Origin: Candidatus Hydrogenedentota bacterium
Lineage (GTDB): Bacteria > Hydrogenedentota > Hydrogenedentia > Hydrogenedentales > SLHB01
Direction of reading: 5' to 3'
DNA: 64,000 bases
Assembly (NCBI GenBank): GCA_963668025.2
Contig: CAXXTH010000017.1
Span: 1,546,230 to 1,610,229 of the forward strand
Part shown: positions 46,757-56,286 of the stretch, in pieces
Position numbering within the stretch: position 1 is the stretch's first letter
Layout of the letters: each line of letters starts with the position of its first letter
Made by a program: the position numbers and the translations under genes
The notes under the pieces: generated by a model
What the model was told of the DNA's origin: nothing
What the model saw: only the letters and a program-made list of their open reading frames with translations
The model's database searches: none

Positions 46757-47719
46757 ATGCGCGGTTTCGTGAAATATATAACGCGGACCCATAAAGACAT
46801 TCCCATAGCAGCGGTGCTCTTAGCGCCGTCCATCGTGTTATTGGGAGTATTTGGCATTGCGCCCCTCTTCATGTCGATTTATTTGAGCTTGCTCGACGGA
46901 CGCGGGGCTGCGGTGCATTTTGCCGGGCTGGCGAATTATTACCATGTTCTTCAAAATGAAGGATTTTGGGAAAGTGTTTTAGTGACGATATATTACGTTG
47001 CAGGCACTGTGCCCATCACATTGGCGATTAGCTACATGATCGCATCGGGGCTATTTCATATGCTGAGATTTCGCGGGCTGTTTCGCACGCTCTATTTTCT
47101 GCCTTATGTCACCTCGGTGGTGGCGGCGGCCACGATCTGGCGTGTGCTGCTCCATCCGCAGTTTGGCCCCCTGAATACGTTGATTGGCCATCTCGGTGTT
47201 GATATGGCGTCCTATCCCCAATGGCTGAATGAACCGAAAGGAGCGCTGCATTTAGTTACCGGCGGATTTATCCCCTCCCGCGTGGGGCCAAGCCTCGCAT
47301 TATGCTGCATAATTCTCTTTGATATATGGCATAACAGCGGTTTCATGGTCGTGATCCTGTTGGCGGGGCTTACCGCCATCCCAAAGGAACTGGAAGAGGC
47401 CGCGACCATTGACGGCGCGGGATGGCTGCATCGAACGCGGCACGTGGTATTGCCGCTGCTATCGCCGACCTTATTTTTTCTACTCATTGTCAGTGTCATC
47501 CGGGCATTCCAAGGATTCAACAGCTTTTATGCCCTCACGGGCGATGGGCGGGGCCCGTATGACAGCACGCAAAATGTGACCGTCTTCATTTTCTCTAATC
47601 TATATGTTTACCAGCGTGTTTATTATGGCGCTGCCGCGGCGACTTTGCTGGCCGTGGCGATTGTGCTGCTGACGCTCGTGCAATGGCGCTATGCCGGGCG
47701 GCGGGTGCATTACGAATGA
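46757..47719 (+). CDS. Carbohydrate ABC transporter permease (UgpA/MalF family)
   Basis: FAGLANY, RTLYFLPYV, EAA loop LTAIPKELEEAATIDGA, LPLLSPT; six TM segments. Confidence 0.92.
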   Translation: MRGFVKYITRTHKDIPIAAVLLAPSIVLLGVFGIAPLFMSIYLSLLDGRGAAVHFAGLANYYHVLQNEGFWESVLVTIYYVAGTVPITLAISYMIASGLFHMLRFRGLFRTLYFLPYVTSVVAAATIWRVLLHPQFGPLNTLIGHLGVDMASYPQWLNEPKGALHLVTGGFIPSRVGPSLALCCIILFDIWHNSGFMVVILLAGLTAIPKELEEAATIDGAGWLHRTRHVVLPLLSPTLFFLLIVSVIRAFQGFNSFYALTGDGRGPYDSTQNVTVFIFSNLYVYQRVYYGAAAATLLAVAIVLLTLVQWRYAGRRVHYE

Positions 47720-48528
47720 TGCGCAGACTCCTGATATTTCTCCTATTGGCAGGAGGAGCCGTGCTGACGACCTTCCCGTTTATATGGATGGTGGGCACGG
47801 CGTTCAAGACGTATCCCGAGTCGATGGAGCCGTCATTGCGCGTATTTCCCGCCGAATGGCAATGGCGGAACGTGGCGGACACCTTCCAAGCCGCCCCTTT
47901 CGCGGTCTATTTTTTCAATACATTTACCGTAACGGCCATCATTGTGATTATCGTGCTGTTCACTTCGATCACGGCGGGCTATGCGTTCGCCCGGCTGCGG
48001 TTCCCAGGACGCGACCTGCTATTTGGTCTCGTTTTGGCGACGATGATGGTTCCCTTTGAAGTCACGTTGATCCCCAATTTTGTGTTGATCAACTGGCTGG
48101 GTTGGTACGACACCTATGCCGCACTCATCGCGCCATGGTGTGCGAATGCATTTTCCATCTTCCTTATGCGCCAAGCCTTTCGCGGCTTGCCCAACGACTA
48201 TTTCGATGCGGCGGCAATAGATGGATGCGGGCATTTCCGTTTTTTGTTTTGGATTGCAGGGCCTTTGGTGAAACCCATGGTGGTGACGGTAGGCCTTTTC
48301 GCCTTCCTGGGCAGTTACAATGCGCTGGTGTGGCCGCTGGTGGCCACGGGAACCGAGCAGATGCGCGTGGTGCAAGTGGGGCTTACCGTGTTCTCGAGCG
48401 CGGATGGCGTGCGATTCAATCTGCTCATGTGCGCGTCTACGATTGTTATCTTGCCGACAGTGGCGTTATACTTCGCCGCACAACGGTATTTCTTGGAAAG
48501 CTCTTTAGGGGCAGGGATCAAAGCATGA
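47716..48528 (+). CDS. Carbohydrate ABC transporter permease (UgpE/MalG family)
   Basis: AGYAFARLRFPGR, TMMVPFEVTLIP, FLMRQAF..LPNDYFDAAAIDG. Confidence 0.92.
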   Translation: MMRRLLIFLLLAGGAVLTTFPFIWMVGTAFKTYPESMEPSLRVFPAEWQWRNVADTFQAAPFAVYFFNTFTVTAIIVIIVLFTSITAGYAFARLRFPGRDLLFGLVLATMMVPFEVTLIPNFVLINWLGWYDTYAALIAPWCANAFSIFLMRQAFRGLPNDYFDAAAIDGCGHFRFLFWIAGPLVKPMVVTVGLFAFLGSYNALVWPLVATGTEQMRVVQVGLTVFSSADGVRFNLLMCASTIVILPTVALYFAAQRYFLESSLGAGIKA

Positions 48529-49823
48529 GAATCATATGCACTGTTGCCGCCGTCGCTTTAGCCGCAGGGGTGACTGTTTTGGCGAGTGGCTGCGGCGCGC
48601 CAGAAGGATATAAACCCATCGAGTCCGGCAAAGTGCTGTTGTGGGACCGCCAAACGGAGCAAAGCGCCGATTTGCTCCAAGGGCTGGTGGCTGATTTCAA
48701 CCAGCAGGCGCCGGGGATTCCCGTGGAAGCGCAATACAGCGGCGGCTATACGGAAATATTCCAAAAAGTATCCGCGAGCATACAGGCGCGTACGGTGCCC
48801 GCGATGGCGGTCGCATATGAAAGCATGACGGCCGAATATATCCAGGCGGATGCCGTTGCCGAATTGGATAGCTTCATCCAGGCTCCACAAACAGGATTCT
48901 CGAAAGAAGATTGGGAAGATTTTTTCCCCGTTGTTATCTCAACCAACGTGTATAGCGCCTTTGGCGGGAAGATGTATTCATTTCCCTTTTCCAAAAGCGT
49001 CTTAATGCTCTATTTCAACAAAAAGGTGCTGGCCCAGGCCGGAATAGCCGAGCCTCCCAAGACATGGGATGAATTCGTGCAGCAGTGCAAGCAAGTGCAT
49101 GAACGCACGGGCGGATATGCTTATGCCATATCCGTTGATGCGTCAACTATTGACGGCATGATTTATAGCTTGGGCGGCGAGCTTGTGAAAGGCAATACGA
49201 CCTGTTTTGATTCCATCGAGGCTTTTCGTACCTTCGAGATTCTCGAAACACTCATACGGGATCAATCCGGCTATATGATTCCTAAGGGTTCTTATGATGA
49301 CCGGGAAGCTTTCGCGCAAGACAAGGTGGCATTCTCCATCCGCTCGAGTTCTGGAATACCATTTGCGAAACAGGCCATGGCGGGCCGGATGGATCAGTGG
49401 GGCGTGGCTCCCATTCCGCAGGGAGATCCCACGAAGCCCGTGACGGTGTTATTTGGGCCTAATTTGTGCATATTCAACACGACCCCAGAACAGCAGCAGC
49501 GCGCCTGGGCGTTCCTCAAGTATTTTACCTCGCCGGAAACCAATGTGCGCTGGGCGCTGGGAACAGGGTATGTGCCCATCCGGAAGTCTGCTGCACAAGA
49601 TCCGCGCATCCAAGAATTTTGGAGAGAATGGGCGTACAATCGCACCCCATTCGATTGCCTTGATTTTGCACGCGCTGAACCTAATCTGCCGGGATGGCAG
49701 GAAGTGCGCAACTTGATCGAGAAAGTGGAAACAGGCGTCTTAACTGGCCAGCTTACTGCCGCTCAAGCCGTGCAGGAATTGAAGCAGGGCGCGGACGCCA
49801 TATTGCTGCGCGCCGCGCAGTAA
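48525..49823 (+). CDS. ABC substrate-binding lipoprotein (UgpB-like, CUT1)
   Basis: Lipobox LASG/C, YSFPFSKS.LMLYFNK, PPKTWDEF, AWAFLKYF, TGYVPIRKSA. ATG 48525 overlaps the permease stop. Confidence 0.9.
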   Translation: MRIICTVAAVALAAGVTVLASGCGAPEGYKPIESGKVLLWDRQTEQSADLLQGLVADFNQQAPGIPVEAQYSGGYTEIFQKVSASIQARTVPAMAVAYESMTAEYIQADAVAELDSFIQAPQTGFSKEDWEDFFPVVISTNVYSAFGGKMYSFPFSKSVLMLYFNKKVLAQAGIAEPPKTWDEFVQQCKQVHERTGGYAYAISVDASTIDGMIYSLGGELVKGNTTCFDSIEAFRTFEILETLIRDQSGYMIPKGSYDDREAFAQDKVAFSIRSSSGIPFAKQAMAGRMDQWGVAPIPQGDPTKPVTVLFGPNLCIFNTTPEQQQRAWAFLKYFTSPETNVRWALGTGYVPIRKSAAQDPRIQEFWREWAYNRTPFDCLDFARAEPNLPGWQEVRNLIEKVETGVLTGQLTAAQAVQELKQGADAILLRAAQ

Positions 49824-49831
49824 CTCGTGAA

Positions 49832-49866
49832 AGCCGCAATATGCTTGTTTACAGTGTATTGCGGCT
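49832..49866. terminator. Hairpin between convergent genes, possible bidirectional terminator
   Basis: agccgcaata ... tattgcggct, 10-bp perfect stem extendable by G-U pairs. Confidence 0.5.
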
Positions 49867-50086
49867 ATTCTGGCTGATGATTAGCGATCTCGCTTAACGC
49901 GTCCGTAATATCCGCTTGGGCTTCGCGCTCCAGTATCTCGAGATCTGTCTTCCGGCGGTAAAACGTTCGCCGATCCGGAAATCCAAAAAAACCTTTGCAT
50001 TCCCGCCGCGAAGTTTTTTTACGGCGGTCTTTATGCCAAATCCCATTTTCGTCGCGATAATATCCGGGCCGAATTTCTTCGCCCAT
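49865..50086 (-). CDS. Small hypothetical protein with DRR/RRxxD motifs (73 aa)
   Basis: MGEEIRPGYYRDENGIWHKDRRKKTSRR...DRRTFYRRKTD; purine-rich SD before ATG 50086. The longer track ORF overlaps the neighbouring gene. Confidence 0.6.
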   Translation of the reverse strand: MGEEIRPGYYRDENGIWHKDRRKKTSRRECKGFFGFPDRRTFYRRKTDLEILEREAQADITDALSEIANHQPE

Positions 50087-50175
50087 GTGCGATCCCCCCC
50101 TGGTTGGCTCAAGCCTCTTTCTTCTTGCCATCAGGATACGCTTGCGACAAGTGGCCGTCAAGGTGTGGCATCCAG

Positions 50176-50934
50176 TTACGCGTGAGGCCCAATGATAGGG
50201 GTGAGCCAGACGAAAATTTGCCCCATGGCTTGGCTGCTTGTATCGAGCAGATCGGTTCCATGGGCGGAGCCGGCATACTCCCGCATTTCGCATTGTCCTG
50301 GGGCGGCTTGTTTTAACTGGCGGGCCGTGGAAGCCGCGAGGGAATCGCCAGTAGCAGCCATAAGCAGGACGGGCCGTTTGCCTAACTCGATGATGGCGTT
50401 TCTCGCGGAAATGCTTGCGCATTCGGGGGCAGGAGAGACGAGGATCACGGCCACGGCTGAAGGCCGATTCCGGGCATATTCGAGCACAATGGGCGCGGCA
50501 TTACTTTCCGCTGCAATAGCCAGGTTTTTAGGATCAGCGCCATGGGCTATGAGGGCGTCCATCGCACCATCCAATGCCTCAAAAGCGTCCTTCAAATCGC
50601 CGCTATCAGGCTCCGTGCGCATGGCGTCAATCGAGAGGCAATGCATTCCTTGGAGCTGTGCTTGCCGGCCGCATGCTTCCCACCGCTTTTGCCCCCCAGC
50701 GTAACCTGGCACCAGTATCAGCCCCGGAGGATTGGAAACGCGAGTCGCATAAAAGACAGCGTCTACAGCAGCTCCCTTCGGGGTGGTTAACCTCAAGGGC
50801 TGGGGAGGAATGTCGTGGCGCACCGCCTTCCCGCATGCGCCTAAGGAGCATGCAAGCAGCATAACACCTATCAATACGGCGTGCCCACTCCGCTTCACGA
50901 AAAAGAAACGCGGCATGCACACTTGAACGGTCAC
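50176..50934 (-). CDS. Alpha/beta hydrolase-fold lipoprotein
   Basis: LGA/C lipobox-like, LILVPG, AAESNAA at the nucleophile elbow, VILVSP, TGD, AHGTDL. Confidence 0.75.
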   Translation of the reverse strand: MTVQVCMPRFFFVKRSGHAVLIGVMLLACSLGACGKAVRHDIPPQPLRLTTPKGAAVDAVFYATRVSNPPGLILVPGYAGGQKRWEACGRQAQLQGMHCLSIDAMRTEPDSGDLKDAFEALDGAMDALIAHGADPKNLAIAAESNAAPIVLEYARNRPSAVAVILVSPAPECASISARNAIIELGKRPVLLMAATGDSLAASTARQLKQAAPGQCEMREYAGSAHGTDLLDTSSQAMGQIFVWLTPIIGPHA

Positions 50935-51251
50935 GTCAGGATGCTGGTCAGCTTCATGGCCAATCCCATGTCACCGCGAATCTGAAGGCGGCCGGTGAGA
51001 AAAGCAGATTGCCCGCTCATTTTCCCATTGACGATGCTGAGCCAATCGGCGGAGCCGGTCGTGATGGTAATGTTAGGAGACTCCGATACGCCCTGGCCAA
51101 CGGCTGGCGAACCATCTACGATAGAAACATACCATTGCCCGCCGCCATCGCCGGTCACATTGAACTGGAATGTCGCCTTCATTCCCGCGATTTTTGTTTT
51201 GTCAATGCGCTCTTCCAGCGTACTGAAGAATCCTGCGACTGTGTCCGACAT
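50931..51251 (-). CDS. SCP2 sterol/lipid-binding domain protein
   Basis: TFQFNVTGDGGGQW, GKMSGQSAFLTGRLQIRGDMGLAMKL; GGGAGG SD. Confidence 0.93.
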   Translation of the reverse strand: MSDTVAGFFSTLEERIDKTKIAGMKATFQFNVTGDGGGQWYVSIVDGSPAVGQGVSESPNITITTGSADWLSIVNGKMSGQSAFLTGRLQIRGDMGLAMKLTSILT

Positions 51252-51432
51252 AATGCTGTTCAGCCTCCCAAATTCTGCACGGTAAGCGCTGTTCAGTCCG
51301 GTGAAACCGGATTTGAACGGTTGAGCTATTCGTTAAGATTATATACAGCCACGTACTTAGCCATACTTTAGCATAGTGTGTGGATAGTTTCCAGGAATAT
51401 AACCAAAGCCGCAGCCGGAAAAGCGGAAGCGG

Positions 51433-53004
51433 TTATAGGCATTCCGCCGCATTGTTTTCGGCTTCTTTAGCGCTTTCCTCAATGGGAGGAGGAAGGGTCC
51501 GGCCGAACAATTCCGTGAGCATATGCAGGCGCGCCGCGATCTCTGGTTTGATGTCGCCATCGAGGAAGCGCCAGGTCCAATTGCCATTGGCGTGTCCAGG
51601 ATAGTTCATTCGCCCTTCGCTGCCGATGCCGAGAATATCTTGCAGGGGAAAGACGACTATTTTGGCGACGGACGCCATAAGGGCGCGAATGCAGATCCAG
51701 TTGAATTCCTGGCCATTGGTGTCTAGATACGCTTGGATATATGCGCGCATGCCTGCCGACTCCGGATCATCCTGGAGGCTTTTCCACCATCCGAGCGTGG
51801 TGTCATTATCGTGCGTGCCGGTATAGGCTGCGAGGTTTTGCTGGTATGTATGCGGAGGAAATGCGCTGTCATGGGCGTTTTCGCCAAATCCAAATTGGAG
51901 TACGGCCATGCCGGAAAGGCCAAAGCGCTCCCGCAATGCATGGACTTCCGGCGTGATGAATCCTAAGTCCTCGGCAAGCAGTGGCAGCTCTTCGCCGAAA
52001 TAATATTTGAATGTATCAAAAATCCATTCGCGCGGCCCTGGAACCCATCGCCCATTGACGGCTGTTTCATCACTCGCAGGCACTTCCCAGTAGGCTTCGA
52101 ATCCACGGAAATGATCAAGCCGTACGAGGTCCACCATGCGCAAGACGGCCCGCAGGCGCTCCACCCACCATGCATAACCCGTGTCCGCGAGATAGTCCCA
52201 ACGATAAATGGGATTTCCCCAGAGCTGGCCGGTGTCGCAGAAATAATCCGGGGGCACGCCCGCGACGACGGTGGGATTGCCATGCTGGTCAAGCTGGAAC
52301 ATGTGGCGGTTAGCCCAGACATCAGAACTGTCGTGGGCGACATAAATGGGGATATCGCCAAGCAACGTGACGCCTTGTTCCGCGCAATGCGCCCGGAGGG
52401 CGCTCCATTGCTTAAAAAAGATGTACTGGGCGAACTTTATCGCGCCAATGGCGTTTGCATGCTCGCGCCGCGCGCCTTCCATGGCGTCTTGAGAACGGAA
52501 GGCGAGATCAGGTTCCCACTCAGTCCAGACCGCATAGTTATGCGTTTCCTTGATGGCCATGAAGAGCGCGCAATCATCGAGCCAGTGGGCGTTGTCGTGG
52601 CAAAAAGTGGCTAAAGCGCCGTGCTCTTCATCGGACCCGCCATGGATGGCGTTTTCGTAGGCTTTGCGGAGTAGCTGGTGTTTCCAAGCGATCACGGCTC
52701 CGAAGTCGGCCTTGTTTGCAGGAAAATCCGGCTTGTCATCTAGGTCCGCCTTGCCAAGGAAGCCATCGCGCATGAGCTGTTCTGGGCTGATGAGGAGCGG
52801 ATTTCCGGCTAAAGAAGAAAAGCTCTGGTAGGGTGAATCGCCATACCCCGTGGGGCCGAGCGGAAGCACCTGCCAAATTTGCTGGCCCGCTTCCGCGAGA
52901 AAATCCACGAAGCGCCATGCCTCGGGGCCGATATCGCCTATCCCATAAGGCCCTGGCAGAGACGTGGGGTGTAGCAAGATTCCACTTGATCTCGTATGCT
53001 TCAT
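51433..53004 (-). CDS. malQ: 4-alpha-glucanotransferase (GH77)
   Basis: RSSGILLHPTSLP, WQVLPLGPT, GVPPDYF..TGQLWGNP, RLDHFRGF, AEDLG, YTGTHDNDT. Confidence 0.97.
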   Translation of the reverse strand: MKHTRSSGILLHPTSLPGPYGIGDIGPEAWRFVDFLAEAGQQIWQVLPLGPTGYGDSPYQSFSSLAGNPLLISPEQLMRDGFLGKADLDDKPDFPANKADFGAVIAWKHQLLRKAYENAIHGGSDEEHGALATFCHDNAHWLDDCALFMAIKETHNYAVWTEWEPDLAFRSQDAMEGARREHANAIGAIKFAQYIFFKQWSALRAHCAEQGVTLLGDIPIYVAHDSSDVWANRHMFQLDQHGNPTVVAGVPPDYFCDTGQLWGNPIYRWDYLADTGYAWWVERLRAVLRMVDLVRLDHFRGFEAYWEVPASDETAVNGRWVPGPREWIFDTFKYYFGEELPLLAEDLGFITPEVHALRERFGLSGMAVLQFGFGENAHDSAFPPHTYQQNLAAYTGTHDNDTTLGWWKSLQDDPESAGMRAYIQAYLDTNGQEFNWICIRALMASVAKIVVFPLQDILGIGSEGRMNYPGHANGNWTWRFLDGDIKPEIAARLHMLTELFGRTLPPPIEESAKEAENNAAECL

Positions 53005-53078
53005 GACGTGATAGTAAAGATCAGGAAGACGGTTTGCAACTTGTAAGGGAGCGTTTTTTTCAATAGAAAGGCATAGGT

Positions 53079-54095
53079 ATGGTTAATGCACATATGGGCG
53101 TGATGCTGCCTGCGCATGATGGTGAAATCGAAGTTATCACTCAAGAATGGCCTTGGAAGCCTTGCCCGAGGACCGTGCGTGCGTATATTTTTTATCCGGG
53201 CGGCGGCTTGGCCCAGGTTGGCCCGCGGACGGGAATCATGCTGAGTTTGCACAACTGGGGTGGCGTACGCTGTATTGGCGCGCCCGATCCCGTCCAGCTT
53301 GCCAGCCGGTATGATGTGGTGGCGGTGAGCGTGGATTATCTGCAAAGCGGCCCCTATGATGGAACCGTGGATCCTCCATATGATTTTGGCGGCCTGCAAG
53401 CCATAGACGCCCTGCGGGCGTTGCGCTGTGTCTTTCATGGGCTCGAACAGGCAGGCAAGCCTTTCGCGCGCGAACGCATATATGCGACTGGCGGTTCTGG
53501 CGGAGCAAATGTTTCGCTCATGGCGAATAAGCTGGCGCCGCGTACCTTCGCCTGCGTCGTGGATATATGCGGCATGGCCAAACTGAACGATGACATTGCT
53601 TATAACTTGCCGGGCGGCAGCAAGTTGAATGCGGGGTATAGCGCCGATCTCTCCAGTCTCCGGTATCTATCGCCGGGAGCCCAATTGTTGCGATATGTGG
53701 GGAATCCCGAGCATTTAGCGGTGATGCGCGCCCTTGGCGCGGAAGCGCGCGTGGTGTCCGTGCATGGCTGTTCCGATATGACATGCCCGGTGGAAGACAA
53801 GCGGGAAATGACCGCAAACATGCGCGCTGCGGGATTTCTGGTGGATGCGCATATTGCCACGGAGCAGGATGTGGACGGGGTGGCCTTCACGGAGACTGGA
53901 CATACCTTAGGAGATCGCACGCAGATTGTATTTCGATATGCGGACCGCTATTTATTGCCCGATAGCCCCGAGGCCGCCGTGCGGCGCGGCCAAACCGATT
54001 TTGAACGGGGAGAAGACGTGCGGTATGGCGAGTGGGTGGTTTGGTATGGGGGTGGCCTGCTGGACGGCCCCGAGCTGAGAAGGCAGTTTTACTGA
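53079..54095 (+). CDS. Alpha/beta hydrolase / peptidase S9-like protein
   Basis: LHNWGG, GGSGG nucleophile motif, VHGCSD, GH; substrate unknown. Confidence 0.75.
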   Translation: MVNAHMGVMLPAHDGEIEVITQEWPWKPCPRTVRAYIFYPGGGLAQVGPRTGIMLSLHNWGGVRCIGAPDPVQLASRYDVVAVSVDYLQSGPYDGTVDPPYDFGGLQAIDALRALRCVFHGLEQAGKPFARERIYATGGSGGANVSLMANKLAPRTFACVVDICGMAKLNDDIAYNLPGGSKLNAGYSADLSSLRYLSPGAQLLRYVGNPEHLAVMRALGAEARVVSVHGCSDMTCPVEDKREMTANMRAAGFLVDAHIATEQDVDGVAFTETGHTLGDRTQIVFRYADRYLLPDSPEAAVRRGQTDFERGEDVRYGEWVVWYGGGLLDGPELRRQFY

Positions 54096-55207
54096 GCCAA
54101 ATCCTGCAAGACGCGGGATTCAATCGCCTGCGTGACATCGGGAAGATGGACGATTTGGTTCATCAAGAAGCGGAGGGGATGTTGCTTGCGGAAATCCCTA
54201 TCGACCTCGGGGCAATGCAGAATAGCGCTTGAATGAAGCGCAATCTGGTTGTCGCGTAGGTCCAGCATGCCGTGAGTGGCAAAGTATTCTAAAGTAAGAC
54301 GAAGCTCTTCATCTAGGTGCGGCAGCGCCAAGGGATCCACGTGGCGCTCTGGGAGCGATTCGAGGATAGCGCGCAGGTGTGCGCGCAAGCCATCCATGGT
54401 GATGGACGCAGCCAGTCCATGGAGGCAATGTAAATACAGATACGTGCTAAGAATGTATGGGACATTGATTTCAATGAGCGCGGCGATGGCTTCAATAACA
54501 CGCTGGTCGAAAGCACGCTGGGCGGCCCGGTCCGCACCGGGCTCCATGAAAAGGGGAGCGCCAAAAACGGCGGCGGTTTTTTCGTGAATGGGATTATAGC
54601 AGCGCGCTATAGGCACCACCGGTACGCGGAGCGGCGTTTTGCCCCGCTGGACCTGTGCAATGAAGAAAGAAGGCCCGCCTGGTTCGGAAGCGCCTTCGCG
54701 GCATTCCATTATAAAACCGGAGCGGGAACGCGTGCCTGTCGGAAACATGAGGAAGTTGTATGGGCGGCGAAGTATGTCAATGTAAATCTTGATTTGGCTG
54801 GGCGTGACGCGATCCCGGCTGATATGATTCGCGCCAAGCATGGCAAGCAGTTCATCGGGATCACAAAACTTGAATTTGAACTTCGTGCCGAAGAAGTCGT
54901 CGCGCATCATGTGGTCCACAAAAAGGCCGCCGCTGGCGCGATGGATGGCACATTCGAGAATGAACGGGTCGTCCAGCTTGATATGATTGGCGCAAAATAT
55001 AACGGGAGGCGCGGAAGGGCAGTTTTCCCTGCCCACGATGCGTAAATTATAATTCCACCCCATGAACCGGCCAATGACGATGAGGGGAGGGAGTTTGTTT
55101 CCCTGAAAAGTGGGGCACGAACGGAGCTTCATGCGGTATAAGAGATACTGGAACAGCACCTTTCCCACATGGGCGAAACTGGTTATTTCTTGTTTTAAAG
55201 TGTACAT
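54089..55207 (-). CDS. PlsC/PlsB-type phospholipid acyltransferase
   Basis: NHIKLDD (HxxxxD), FPTGTRSRSG, VPVVP; C-terminal extension. Confidence 0.85.
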   Translation of the reverse strand: MYTLKQEITSFAHVGKVLFQYLLYRMKLRSCPTFQGNKLPPLIVIGRFMGWNYNLRIVGRENCPSAPPVIFCANHIKLDDPFILECAIHRASGGLFVDHMMRDDFFGTKFKFKFCDPDELLAMLGANHISRDRVTPSQIKIYIDILRRPYNFLMFPTGTRSRSGFIMECREGASEPGGPSFFIAQVQRGKTPLRVPVVPIARCYNPIHEKTAAVFGAPLFMEPGADRAAQRAFDQRVIEAIAALIEINVPYILSTYLYLHCLHGLAASITMDGLRAHLRAILESLPERHVDPLALPHLDEELRLTLEYFATHGMLDLRDNQIALHSSAILHCPEVDRDFRKQHPLRFLMNQIVHLPDVTQAIESRVLQDLAQ

Positions 55208-55291
55208 AGAGGCGTATTGTAACGCAGGGGCATGCAGGCCGCAAGCATGAGGCGGCTTTGCCAGTTTTTTATGTAAAAATACGAAGAGGAC

Positions 55292-56086
55292 ATGTTCGTG
55301 ATTTTCGTTTTATGGACACTTTCCCTGGGAATTGGAGTAGGCCTGGTGAGTGCGGCGCTGGGCGTAGGCGGCGGCATCTTTATGGTGCCGGCGTTTATCG
55401 AGTTCGTCCCAGGAATGGACCCGCATACCGCCAAGGGAACGAGCCTGTTCATTATTATCTTCGTGGCGGCGGCGAATGTATGGCGGCTGAATCAAGAAGG
55501 TGAAAACCGGCAATGGGATTTAGCGGCGTTTCTGGCGGCAGGCTCGATTGTGGGGTCCATGTTTTCGGTATGGCTGACGGGCCTCCTGCCAGGCCGGGCG
55601 GTGCTGCTTTTCTTTATCACGTTGCTGATAGTGGTAGGCATTCGGATGTTGTTGCTTGCTGAACCTAAGGCAGCGGCAGCGCAACGGGTGCGCTGGAGGG
55701 TGTTGGCGGCGCTGTTGATTGGCCTTGCCACAGGGCTTGTGTCAGGTGCGACGGGAGTGGGCGGCGGCCTTATCCTGGTGCCGCTGGTCTTGATAGCCGG
55801 GCTGGCGCGCAACGAACGGGTAGCAGCGCTTTCCAATACGGTGATGGTTCCGACATGCATTGCCGCGACGCTTATAGGGCTATTGGAGCCTAAATCGACG
55901 GATTTGGCGTGGACCGTCGGGCAGGTGGATTTTGCGTTAGCGCCATTGGTGTTTCTTGGAGCGCAAGCAGGCTCTTTGGCGGGCAAACACCTGAATCGCT
56001 GGTTGACGCTGCCGCGCCGCCGAGTGGTCATGGGCATGCTGCTGTTGTTGATTGTGGCGCGGCTGGCCTGGCGGGCCTTTGGCTAG
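55292..56086 (+). CDS. Sulfite exporter TauE/SafE family membrane protein
   Basis: Duplicated GVGGG..VP motifs, AKGTSL, eight TM segments. Confidence 0.9.
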   Translation: MFVIFVLWTLSLGIGVGLVSAALGVGGGIFMVPAFIEFVPGMDPHTAKGTSLFIIIFVAAANVWRLNQEGENRQWDLAAFLAAGSIVGSMFSVWLTGLLPGRAVLLFFITLLIVVGIRMLLLAEPKAAAAQRVRWRVLAALLIGLATGLVSGATGVGGGLILVPLVLIAGLARNERVAALSNTVMVPTCIAATLIGLLEPKSTDLAWTVGQVDFALAPLVFLGAQAGSLAGKHLNRWLTLPRRRVVMGMLLLLIVARLAWRAFG

Positions 56087-56090
56087 GCAT

Positions 56091-56108
56091 ATGGGCGTCT
56101 CCGCCCGT
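56091..56108. repeat. REP-like family A copy
   Basis: atgggcgtctccgcccgt directly after the tauE-like stop. Confidence 0.5.
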
Positions 56109-56286
56109 GTTATGGGATGCGTATACACCGTATTCCGCGAAGAATCGGCGCTCTCGCGGGCCATCTGGCGCCAATCGAAGGATTCATCCCGTCCGCGTGT
56201 GAAACCCGGCGCTGGTTTGTATTGTCTAACAAGCAAGTGCGGACGGATTTGCTTCCGCACCATGAAATCACCAAGAGGAATAACCG

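Noticed and set aside
48102-48524. N-terminal extension of the substrate-binding protein in the ORF track
   Set aside because: Overlaps the permease; the signal peptide and lipobox begin at ATG 48525.
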